Notes under the pieces: generated by a model
What the model was told of the DNA's origin: nothing
The model's database searches: none
Seen by the model: only the letters and a program-made list of their open reading frames with translations
Translations under genes and position numbers: made by a program
Part shown: positions 42,883 to 50,949 of the stretch, one piece after another
How the letters are laid out: every line of letters begins with the position of its first letter
How positions within the stretch are numbered: the stretch's first letter is position 1
Assembly: GCA_900617105.1 (NCBI GenBank)
Contig: UYFQ01000001.1
Location: 2,914,001-2,978,000, forward strand
Direction of reading: 5' to 3'
DNA length: 64,000 nucleotides
From: Hydrurus foetidus
Lineage: Eukaryota

Positions 42883-43647
42883 ATGGAACACATTAGCTTT
42901 GAAGGCGTCAATTTGGCAGAACTGCTGCCGCGCATTCCCGATTCGATAAAAGACGGCTTACCGTTTGGCTTGGTCAAGCTTGATTTAACTGGCAAGATTC
43001 TGGAATACAACATGGCCGAAGGCGACCTGACCGGCGTCGACCCAAACTGGGCGCTAGGCAAAAACTTCTTCGATGAGGTTGCCCTGTGCACAAAAACTGC
43101 TGCGTTTTATGGCCGCTTTGTTGAAGGCGTGAAAAAAGGCTTTTTGAACTGTGTGTTTGACTACACCTTTGACCACCGCGACGAGGGCACCAAAGTCAAA
43201 GTGCACATGGTCACGATTCCCAATCATCTGGGCCAGCAAACCGTGATGATTTTGGTCAAGCGTGCCAACAAACCCTTGGTGCAAGAGGCGTTTGCCACCG
43301 AGGCACTGCGCGTTGATTATGCGAACAACGACCCCACCCGAGCTTCACCACTCGCTTACAACCAGGCGCCTGCAATGGCAGCGGCTACTGCGGAAGCACC
43401 GTCCATCAACGACATCGTGGCGGCAGTGATTGCGGCCATGAATGGCGGCATGAATGCAGCCCCGCCGGCTGCAAGACCTGCGCCGGCAGCACCTGCCATG
43501 CCAGCTTACGTGCCGCCTGCGCCAACCTCTGCGGCACCAGCACCAGCACCAGCACCAGCGCAAGCACCAGCACCAGCGCAAGCGCAAGCATCTGCGCCTT
43601 CAGCGCTCACAAGCGGCTCACGCCACCAAGACATTTTGAAGTTTTAA
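42883..43647 (+). CDS. pyp: Photoactive yellow protein with long Ala/Pro-rich C-terminal tail (PYP-2)
   Basis: Residues 1-109 colinear with H. halophila PYP (MEHISF, DGLPFG, YNMAEG, GKNFF, ALCT, FDYTFD, TKVKVHM); Y42, E46 and C69 present. Confidence 0.92.
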   Translation: MEHISFEGVNLAELLPRIPDSIKDGLPFGLVKLDLTGKILEYNMAEGDLTGVDPNWALGKNFFDEVALCTKTAAFYGRFVEGVKKGFLNCVFDYTFDHRDEGTKVKVHMVTIPNHLGQQTVMILVKRANKPLVQEAFATEALRVDYANNDPTRASPLAYNQAPAMAAATAEAPSINDIVAAVIAAMNGGMNAAPPAARPAPAAPAMPAYVPPAPTSAAPAPAPAPAQAPAPAQAQASAPSALTSGSRHQDILKF

Positions 43648-43689
43648 CGACCGTTAGCCAGCGAGTCGACGTCGCCACCTTCAATTGCC

Positions 43690-44937
43690 GTGAACGCACT
43701 GACAATTTCGCCGGACGACCTGCTTCGGGTGTGCCGGGACTTGGCATGGTCTGAAATTTCGACTATGCCAGGGCTTTCGGCTCGCTTGGGGTCGCGTATT
43801 TCCCCACAAAGTGATGTTGATTGGTCGGCAACAGGCTTGGCACTTGATTCACTGGCCCGCATACAACTGGCCACTGCTGCCGCCACCTGGTGCAACGCTT
43901 ACGACGCGGGTTTTGAAGACCTGTTTTTAGCCAAACGCAGCGCAGCCGACTGGGCTGCAGTGATGCTGCGCGCCAGAGCAAGCGGCGCTGCAAACTTCAC
44001 GTTTGCTACGTCAGGCAGCACCGGCGCACGAAAGCACATTCGCCACCGGGAAGACGTGCTGAGCAACGAGGCTCAGGCCTGGGCAACCGTGCTCAGCGCC
44101 GTCGATGCCAATGCGGGCAACAGTGCCAGCACGCCACCTACGGTGAACCGCGTAGTGGTGCTGGCACCCACGCACCATATTTATGGCTTTATCTGGGGCG
44201 TGTTGTTGCCGTTGGCGCTCGGTGTGCCAGCGATTGACGCAGACTTTGCTGACCTGCCTGAGTTGCTTCCAGGCGACTTGCTGATTGCCGTGCCCGACCA
44301 ATGGGCCTGGTTGGCTAGATCTGCCAAGGCGTGGCCCGCGGGCGTTCAAGGTATTTCGTCTACCGCGCCGCTGGCAGACGACGTTCATCGGCAGTTGATA
44401 GACAAGCGCACTGGCAATTTGCCAGCGCCGCTGGCCCGGTTGCTGCAAATTTATGGCTCCAGCGAAACCGCCGGGCTGGCCTGGCGCAGCGACCCGGTTC
44501 AGCCCTACACCCTGGCGCCCGGCCGAACCCGCACCGCGCAGGGCGGCATTGAGCTACTGTTGCCCACCGGCGCGCAAGCCGCCATGCCAGTGCAGGACGA
44601 TTTGCAGTGGACCAGCGATTGGGCGTTTCAGTTGCTGCGGCGTGTAGACAACAGCGTACAGGTGGGCGGGCATAACGTGTCTCCAGACTGGGTTGCACAA
44701 CAACTCATGACGCACAGCGCAGTAAAAGCCGCAGCGGTGAGGCTAGACACGCTGCTGACGCCGCCTCGGCTGAAAGCGTATGTCTTACTTCACTCGCCAG
44801 CAGACGCAGAGCAAAAACGAGGTCTGGAGACTTGGGCTCTGGACACTTTGCCAGCTCATGCCCAGCTGGCCAGTGTGACTTATGGCGATGCACTGCCGCA
44901 GAACGCGATGGGTAAACCCAGTGACTGGCCAACCTAA
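43690..44937 (+). CDS. 4-coumarate-CoA ligase, PYP-activation type
   Basis: TSGSTGARK, HHIYGF, YGSSETAG, VQVGGHNV, NAMGK; N-terminal LDSL segment; directly after the pyp genes. Confidence 0.88.
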   Translation: MNALTISPDDLLRVCRDLAWSEISTMPGLSARLGSRISPQSDVDWSATGLALDSLARIQLATAAATWCNAYDAGFEDLFLAKRSAADWAAVMLRARASGAANFTFATSGSTGARKHIRHREDVLSNEAQAWATVLSAVDANAGNSASTPPTVNRVVVLAPTHHIYGFIWGVLLPLALGVPAIDADFADLPELLPGDLLIAVPDQWAWLARSAKAWPAGVQGISSTAPLADDVHRQLIDKRTGNLPAPLARLLQIYGSSETAGLAWRSDPVQPYTLAPGRTRTAQGGIELLLPTGAQAAMPVQDDLQWTSDWAFQLLRRVDNSVQVGGHNVSPDWVAQQLMTHSAVKAAAVRLDTLLTPPRLKAYVLLHSPADAEQKRGLETWALDTLPAHAQLASVTYGDALPQNAMGKPSDWPT

Positions 44938-45018
44938 ACAAATTAAACTTACGCATGCCAGCCGTGGCCGATTAGCCGGTATGGGGCAATGTAAAAGCCA
45001 GTTCGAGGTCGCAGGCTT

Positions 45019-46038
45019 TTAACCTGCCAGCGAAATACCCAAGCGAGCCCGAATACGCGCAAACAAGCCAGACGACCGGGCAGGCACAGGCTGCGTTTTT
45101 GCAGACTCGACTTTGAGCAAAGACGATGGCGAAGCAGCGGTGGGGTACGCAGGGGAGTGCCGGTGCAGCGCGACATTGTCAGCCGCAGGCAAAACAATAG
45201 GCGTCACAGACAAAAATCCGGACGCATGCAAGTCCTGCACAAAAGCAGCGCAGTCTGGCATCGGCTGGCCGGAAGTGCGTTGCAAGCTTTCGATAGAGTT
45301 GCTACCGCTGGCTATAAACGCCGCCAGCTTAAGCCTCAGCGGCGTGTTGATTAAATTAGCGTGTGGCCATCGCAACATATGCAGCCTGTCAGTCGATGCT
45401 ACCTGCGTCATTATGGTGACGATCACGTCCTTCTTAATCTCTTTCACGGGTTGGGCTGCCGCCACTGGCGCATCGACCAGCGTCGACTTCGGCAGAGTGG
45501 CCACGGCAGTTCCCGCAAATGCAACTCCCGATTTGTCGGTGGGCACGAACTCTGAATGGGTGCTGCCATTTACCGGCAATTGCCACAGGTAAAGAGGCTT
45601 GGCATCATTGACGCTTTCCGGTTGGCTACTTGCGGCATAGGCGTTGTCACCGACACCTGAGTGAATGCCTAGGTTGAAGTTATTAGCCGATCGCATGCGC
45701 GCCACCACAAGCAGCTTGCCCATGCGGTTGAGTTTGCGCTCCAGCTCATCTGGCCGCAGCGGCCGGTCAAGTTTGGTATAGGTATCCAATGCCAGCAGGC
45801 CCAGTCGCAGCGGTCGGGGGCCGGGCCCGGCTATGCCGCTGGCATCAACTGCCTCGCCTTCATCTCCCAAAAATGTCAGGTCAGCCGCTTGCTGCTCGCC
45901 TGCATCAGGTTGGGCTTTGAAAATCCAGCGCTGTTTGGTTCGGCTGTCCAGTATGCGGACAAAAGATTTGAGCAGCATTGCCTCGCGCGCGGCCATGCCC
46001 ATGACACTAAAAGTAAAGGAGGTACGGCCGGGATTCAT
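45019..46038 (-). CDS. Hypothetical adaptor protein B (paralogue of 49149-49880)
   Basis: GMAAREAMLLKSFVRILD...QRWIF, LRWP...LKLAAFI...LQRTS, ends GLFARIRARLGI. Confidence 0.75.
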   Translation of the reverse strand: MNPGRTSFTFSVMGMAAREAMLLKSFVRILDSRTKQRWIFKAQPDAGEQQAADLTFLGDEGEAVDASGIAGPGPRPLRLGLLALDTYTKLDRPLRPDELERKLNRMGKLLVVARMRSANNFNLGIHSGVGDNAYAASSQPESVNDAKPLYLWQLPVNGSTHSEFVPTDKSGVAFAGTAVATLPKSTLVDAPVAAAQPVKEIKKDVIVTIMTQVASTDRLHMLRWPHANLINTPLRLKLAAFIASGSNSIESLQRTSGQPMPDCAAFVQDLHASGFLSVTPIVLPAADNVALHRHSPAYPTAASPSSLLKVESAKTQPVPARSSGLFARIRARLGISLAG

Positions 46039-46079
46039 TGCTTTGGGGCTTTGGGGCTTGGGTCTTTGGAGCTTGGGCG

Positions 46080-46892
46080 TTAAACGTTTTCGCCCGAAAG
46101 TGCGGGTGCGGCGGCAACCACTGGCGGAGCCTGTGGATGTTGAATGCCAACAAAGTGCGTCACCGTGCCCGCAGCATCGCGCACCGGCGAGATGAACAAC
46201 TGATTCAAAAACAACGAGCCGTCTTTGCGGTAGTTGCGTAGAGAGGCAAAGCCATTTGTTTGCGCCTTGATGGCACTGCGAATGATTTCAATACCAGGCT
46301 GGTCTTTGTCGGTGCCTTGCAAAAACCGGCAATTGCGCCCCAAAATTTCGCTCGACGCATAGCCGCTCATGTGCTCGAACATGGTGTTCACAAAAACAAT
46401 CGGCATGTCCGGTGCGCGCGCGTCTGAAATCACCACGCCCGCATTCAGGGCCTGCCACTGACGCCTGAACGGCTCGGAATCGACTTGTTGCTGCGCTTCG
46501 ATCAACTGGGTGATGTCAGTGATAGCGATGACTTTGTAAGTGCCGCGCATTTCGCTGCGAACGGTGCTGAACTTCAGCAAAAGGTGACGCGGAAGGCCGT
46601 CGATCTTGGCAGGCCTGATCAGCGGAAAGTCGCCATGGCAATCTGGTGCGTCGAGCGTTTTTGCCACCTCGCTTGAAAAGCCCAGTGCCTGCAAGAGCGC
46701 TGCAAACGGCTGACCCAGCGTGAGAAGAGCGTCAACACCCAGCAGCGCCGCTGCTTTAGGGTTAAACATGGCGACGCGCGATTTGTCGTCCACCACGCAC
46801 AAGCCCATACCGGCACCTTGGAGCCAATCAAGTAGCAAAGTGTTCTCGAACGCTTCGTTGCTTTCGGCTGAAATAAGTTTGTTACTAGTCAT
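46080..46892 (-). CDS. PAS-LOV blue-light sensor B, no output domain
   Basis: N-terminal PAS, then PIVFVN, GRNCRFLQG, NYRKDG, FVGIQ; ends about 18 aa later. Confidence 0.92.
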   Translation of the reverse strand: MTSNKLISAESNEAFENTLLLDWLQGAGMGLCVVDDKSRVAMFNPKAAALLGVDALLTLGQPFAALLQALGFSSEVAKTLDAPDCHGDFPLIRPAKIDGLPRHLLLKFSTVRSEMRGTYKVIAITDITQLIEAQQQVDSEPFRRQWQALNAGVVISDARAPDMPIVFVNTMFEHMSGYASSEILGRNCRFLQGTDKDQPGIEIIRSAIKAQTNGFASLRNYRKDGSLFLNQLFISPVRDAAGTVTHFVGIQHPQAPPVVAAAPALSGENV

Positions 46893-47250
46893 GACCCGTG
46901 GATGCTAATGCGCACAGCCTTAATTGGCATTTAAGCGTGTTCAATTTATTCAAGATGTGAGTAGAAGTTTGCAATACACAATTGCATATCAACGAAAATC
47001 CAACATGGTTTGGGCATGTACAGCAACAAAGCCAAGCGACAGGAAGCAGTGTTGCGGTGCAATCGGCTGTCTGCCGGCGCTTGATTTGCGATGCGCGTTG
47101 CTCACCCGTACCACAGCATTATTGCTTTGCATTTCAAGCGGCGAGCTGCCGTGAACTACAACCGCACAACATTGAGGTGACTGATTTGCAACGCGGCTCA
47201 GCTTAAAACTTTCAGGTTTTACCCAAGTGCGCACGTAGGGAGTTATTGTT

Positions 47251-47610
47251 TTAAACAGACAGTTCTTTTTCGACCTCTTGCACCTTGCGGCGCGCCAAAG
47301 CCAAATTTGACTTGGCTTTGTCGAGCACGATGTAGATAAACAGGCCTTCTTTGCGAGCCATCGGGCGAATGATGTGGTATTGCTTGCCCAGGGTGATCAA
47401 AATGTCTTCAATCACGTCTGACAGGCCGAGCGCGCGCATGGTTTTCATTTTGGCGCGAACCACTTCGGTGTTGCCAGCGGCAGCCACTTCCATGTCAACA
47501 CCTGAGCCAATTTGGCCCAAAATCATGCCGCTGCTGGAGTCAACCAGGCAGGCGCACAGGGCGCCGTCACAGGTCAAAAGTTCTTGCATTGCTTGGTTAA
47601 TCGTTGCCAT
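47251..47610 (-). CDS. Roadblock/LC7-like protein
   Basis: 119 aa; DGALCACLVDSSSG, AAAGNTEVV, IEDILITL, NLALAR. Confidence 0.75.
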   Translation of the reverse strand: MATINQAMQELLTCDGALCACLVDSSSGMILGQIGSGVDMEVAAAGNTEVVRAKMKTMRALGLSDVIEDILITLGKQYHIIRPMARKEGLFIYIVLDKAKSNLALARRKVQEVEKELSV

Positions 47611-47717
47611 TAAAAATCTCCAAAAATCAAAAAGAAAACGCCGAAAAGAAAAACTGCTTGCGTGGCGCTCAAACGCAAGCTGCTGAAAACTCACCTCAAA
47701 ACAGTTTTTTTAACCCA

Positions 47718-48122
47718 CTACCGCTGCTGTGCCAACCCCGCCGGTGTCGGGCGCGACTGTGCCAACACGCGGCGCAGTGCTTCTACATGTGCGCCCCACG
47801 GGCCCCAAGCCATGTCGCCTTTGGCAGCAACGCACACCAGCACCAGGCCGGGGTCGTCGCAGCACGGGAACAGCGCCACTACCCGGTTAGCAAACGAATA
47901 AGCCGCTGACTGCAGGCCGCCCAAAGCCGTCAGCTGTGATGCCAGCCGGTCTTTAATGCGCCAAAATTCAATGGCGGTTTCGCCAATGCGCTCAATCTCA
48001 GGGCTGGCCCCAGCGAAATGCCAGGCCATGCCGGTGGCGGTTTCAACCAGCGCACAGCCATCAATGCCGGGGTAAGTGGCAAGAGTTTGCAAATGTGCGA
48101 CGACTGCTGCACTGTTGGGCAT
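47718..48122 (-). CDS. Roadblock/LC7-like (divergent) protein
   Basis: PGIDGCALVETATG matches the N-terminal pattern of the neighbouring roadblock-like protein. Confidence 0.6.
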   Translation of the reverse strand: MPNSAAVVAHLQTLATYPGIDGCALVETATGMAWHFAGASPEIERIGETAIEFWRIKDRLASQLTALGGLQSAAYSFANRVVALFPCCDDPGLVLVCVAAKGDMAWGPWGAHVEALRRVLAQSRPTPAGLAQQR

Positions 48123-48162
48123 ATTCAAATCGTTTTAGTGACGCGTCAAGGCACTTCGGCCG

Positions 48163-48546
48163 CTACGCCGCTTGCAAGGCAGCCGCTGCCTTTTTTGAGT
48201 AGTACAGCACCTGGCCGACCACTGCGTCGGCTCCCGCTACGGTGCTGACAATCAACGATACATCGTCTCGGTGCACCTGCACAATGACGATGTACCCGCC
48301 AGCGGCTTCCAGCACCACGCTGCGGCACACCCCTAACTGACTTTCTTCGCCCGCCATGGCGCCCAGCGCCGCGAGCGAGCTGGCCATGGCCGACAAGCGG
48401 GCAATTTGTGCGGTGTTTTCAACCCGAGCAGCAACTTCAAAACCGTCTTCAGTGGAAATAACCACAGCTTTGATGCCTTTGACCTCTTGCATCAGGTCGT
48501 TCAAGGCCGCGTCGCAGGCGCGCTGCAAGCTTGCATCTATCTCCAT
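48163..48546 (-). CDS. Roadblock/LC7 (MglB-like) protein
   Basis: GIKAVVISTEDGF, LSAMASSL, VVLEAAGG, VGQVL. Confidence 0.88.
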   Translation of the reverse strand: MEIDASLQRACDAALNDLMQEVKGIKAVVISTEDGFEVAARVENTAQIARLSAMASSLAALGAMAGEESQLGVCRSVVLEAAGGYIVIVQVHRDDVSLIVSTVAGADAVVGQVLYYSKKAAAALQAA

Positions 48547-48547
48547 A

Positions 48548-49105
48548 TCACTGGGTCTCCGCTTTGGTTTCTAGTTGCAGCAGCAGCAGTTCGAGCAACT
48601 GCGTAACCTGCGCGGCGTCCCGCACATCTGCAGCCAGTACCGGGCACAAAATGCCGCGTGCCGCCAGGTGGTCTGAAAACTGCTCTAGGTCTGGGCTGGC
48701 GTGCGTTTCGGTGCGGCCCACGGCCACCACGCAAGCGGTGTCTTTGATCAGCTGCTTGAACCCGTCGACATACATGTCGAGGTCGGCCAGGGGGTCAGGC
48801 TGACGGTTGTCGATCAATATGATCAGGCCCAACGCACCTTTAGACAAAATCTTCCACATAAAGTCAAAGCGCTTTTGGCCTGGCGTGCCGTACAGGCGCA
48901 ACTTGTCGCCGCCTTCCAGCGTGACTTCGCCGTAGTCCATGCCCACAGTCGTCATTTCTTTGGACAGGCCAGAATCGTTATTGCGCACGTCGGTGGACAT
49001 GGGCGGAATCTCGCTCACCTGCCCGATAGCCGTAGTTTTACCCGCCCCGGTGGTGCCGCTAAAGAGTATTTTGTGTTCAATCATTACAAATTGGTTTTGC
49101 AACAT
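48548..49105 (-). CDS. MglA/CvnD-like small GTPase
   Basis: GTTGAGKTT (P-loop), TTVGMDYG, LYGTPGQKRFDFMW; alternative start at 49084. Confidence 0.92.
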   Translation of the reverse strand: MLQNQFVMIEHKILFSGTTGAGKTTAIGQVSEIPPMSTDVRNNDSGLSKEMTTVGMDYGEVTLEGGDKLRLYGTPGQKRFDFMWKILSKGALGLIILIDNRQPDPLADLDMYVDGFKQLIKDTACVVAVGRTETHASPDLEQFSDHLAARGILCPVLAADVRDAAQVTQLLELLLLQLETKAETQ

Positions 49106-49148
49106 TGTGGGGCAAGGCCGAGTACTTTCGGCGTCTGCTCGCTAATTT

Positions 49149-49880
49149 TCAGACGTTGTGTGAACTTTTAATACCTAAACCAGCCCGAATGCGGTCGAGC
49201 AACCCCGGTTTGGCAAACGCAACTGCAGCGCTGGGCAAGTTGAGTATTTCATGCGGCCCTGGGGTACGTTCTTGCGCCGTGTTGATCAGCAATTTGGCGT
49301 TTTGCAAGTCTGTTGTGAATGCGCGGCAAATCGCCAAAGGCAAAGCAGAGCGGCGTTGTAACTCATTTAAGCTTAGCGCTCGCCCTGACAAAAGTGTAGC
49401 CAGGCGCATGCGGCCCGTGCCGGCCAAAAATTTTGACGGTGGCCATTGTTTCAGTCGAAAAAGTTGCTCGCCGTCGCTGTAGTTCTCTAGCGCTTTGTTC
49501 GCAGCCATGAACGACGCGCTGCTGCTGGTGGCCTGATGCGGAATCGCCTGGCCGCCAACCCGGTTCAATTCAGCAGCCAGCTTGTTATGCTGTATTGGCC
49601 AGGACAGGTGCATGGCTCGCTCGTTGCCTGTACCGACTGACAACACCGGCTGAGCCTCTGGGTGATAGTGCTTGTAAAGGGTGGGCGGGTACCACTCGGC
49701 TACCACCAGCAAATCAACCCGAAAGTCCGCTGTTGCGGGGCGGTAAATCCATTTTTGATTGGTGACGTGGTCCAGCAAGAGCACGAAAGACTTGAACAGC
49801 GCTTCTTCGCGCGAGGACATGCCCTCCAGCGAAAAGCTGAGCTTGGTGCGATCGAAATCGGTGGAGGGAAAACCGGGCAT
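49149..49880 (-). CDS. Hypothetical adaptor protein A (probable C-terminal winged helix)
   Basis: GMSSREEALFKSFVLLLD...QKWIY, FRLKQWP...MRLATLL...LQRRS, ends GLLDRIRAGLGI. Confidence 0.75.
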   Translation of the reverse strand: MPGFPSTDFDRTKLSFSLEGMSSREEALFKSFVLLLDHVTNQKWIYRPATADFRVDLLVVAEWYPPTLYKHYHPEAQPVLSVGTGNERAMHLSWPIQHNKLAAELNRVGGQAIPHQATSSSASFMAANKALENYSDGEQLFRLKQWPPSKFLAGTGRMRLATLLSGRALSLNELQRRSALPLAICRAFTTDLQNAKLLINTAQERTPGPHEILNLPSAAVAFAKPGLLDRIRAGLGIKSSHNV

Positions 49881-49893
49881 GAGCCGTTACCGA

Positions 49894-50679
49894 TCAGCGT
49901 TCTGTTTGATTGTTTTCGAGGTGCTGGATCCCAACAAAGTGGGTAACCACCCCGTTGGCGTCTTTGACCGGCGATATAAACAGTTCATTGACAAACAAGC
50001 TGCCGTCTTTTCGGTAATTGCGCAGCTTGGCATAACCATTGGTTTGCGTGCTGATTGCGGTTCGAATGGCTGCCAAGCCCGGCTGGTGAGGCTCAGTGCC
50101 TTGCAAAAACCGGCAATTGCGCCCCAACACTTCGCTTGAGGCATAACCGCTCATTTGTTCGAACATAGGGTTGACATAAACGATCGGCATGTTTGGCTGG
50201 CGTGCGTCCGAGATAACCACCCCCGCATTAAGCGCCTGCCATTGGCGGCGATAAGATTCCGAGTCGACCTGGCGCTGCGCCTGCAGCAGCTCGGTAATGT
50301 CGGTAATCGCTATCATTTTGAATTTGTCAAAGTCCGCGTGGGCAGCCGCCGATATGCCGGTGGCTCTGAACAGCAGCTCAACTTTTTTGCCGCGGCGCAA
50401 ACAGGCAGCATGGCGCTGGCCATGAAAGCTCATCCGGGCCAGCCAGTCGACCACGCCGGGTTCAAAATCAACAGCCTGCACGGCCTGGGCGAAGGGCTGG
50501 TTTAAAACATCGACACCCACCACACCCAGCATGGCGCAAGCCGCACGGTTCAACATCACGACCAAGCCGGCGTTGTCAATGGCGCACAAACCTACATCAG
50601 CGGAGCTGAGCCACGCTGTCAGCAACGCGTGCTCTAGCTGATCGTTGCTCTTTAAAGTTGCCGCCGCCTGATTGCTCAT
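49894..50679 (-). CDS. PAS-LOV blue-light sensor A, no output domain
   Basis: N-terminal PAS, then PIVYVN, GRNCRFLQG, NYRKDG, FVGIQ; ends 9 aa later. Confidence 0.92.
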   Translation of the reverse strand: MSNQAAATLKSNDQLEHALLTAWLSSADVGLCAIDNAGLVVMLNRAACAMLGVVGVDVLNQPFAQAVQAVDFEPGVVDWLARMSFHGQRHAACLRRGKKVELLFRATGISAAAHADFDKFKMIAITDITELLQAQRQVDSESYRRQWQALNAGVVISDARQPNMPIVYVNPMFEQMSGYASSEVLGRNCRFLQGTEPHQPGLAAIRTAISTQTNGYAKLRNYRKDGSLFVNELFISPVKDANGVVTHFVGIQHLENNQTER

Positions 50680-50949
50680 GCTTGTCCCCTCTTTCTCATT
50701 TGCGACTCATTGTGTCTGTAAACAACGCTTTTCAAATGACAACTCGCTGTTCAGCGATATTTTTAGTTCTTTTGAAGTAAGGCGCGTCTCTCCTTCACAA
50801 CGTATGCATAGGATTATTTTAATTATGCGAAATGTCTTTTTTTAAATTTTTTAATGTTCGTCTTTTAAAAGATTGACACAGTTACCATCTAGCGCAGTCA
50901 GTTTTACGCAAAACAAAAATATTCCGGCATCAACTCACCTTCGCCCGCG

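Noticed and set aside
46039..46079. (CTTTGGGG)-like microrepeat between LOV-B and adaptor-B as a frameshift or fusion signal
   Set aside because: LOV-B has a normal stop, adaptor-B has its own ATG, and the paralogous pair is also split
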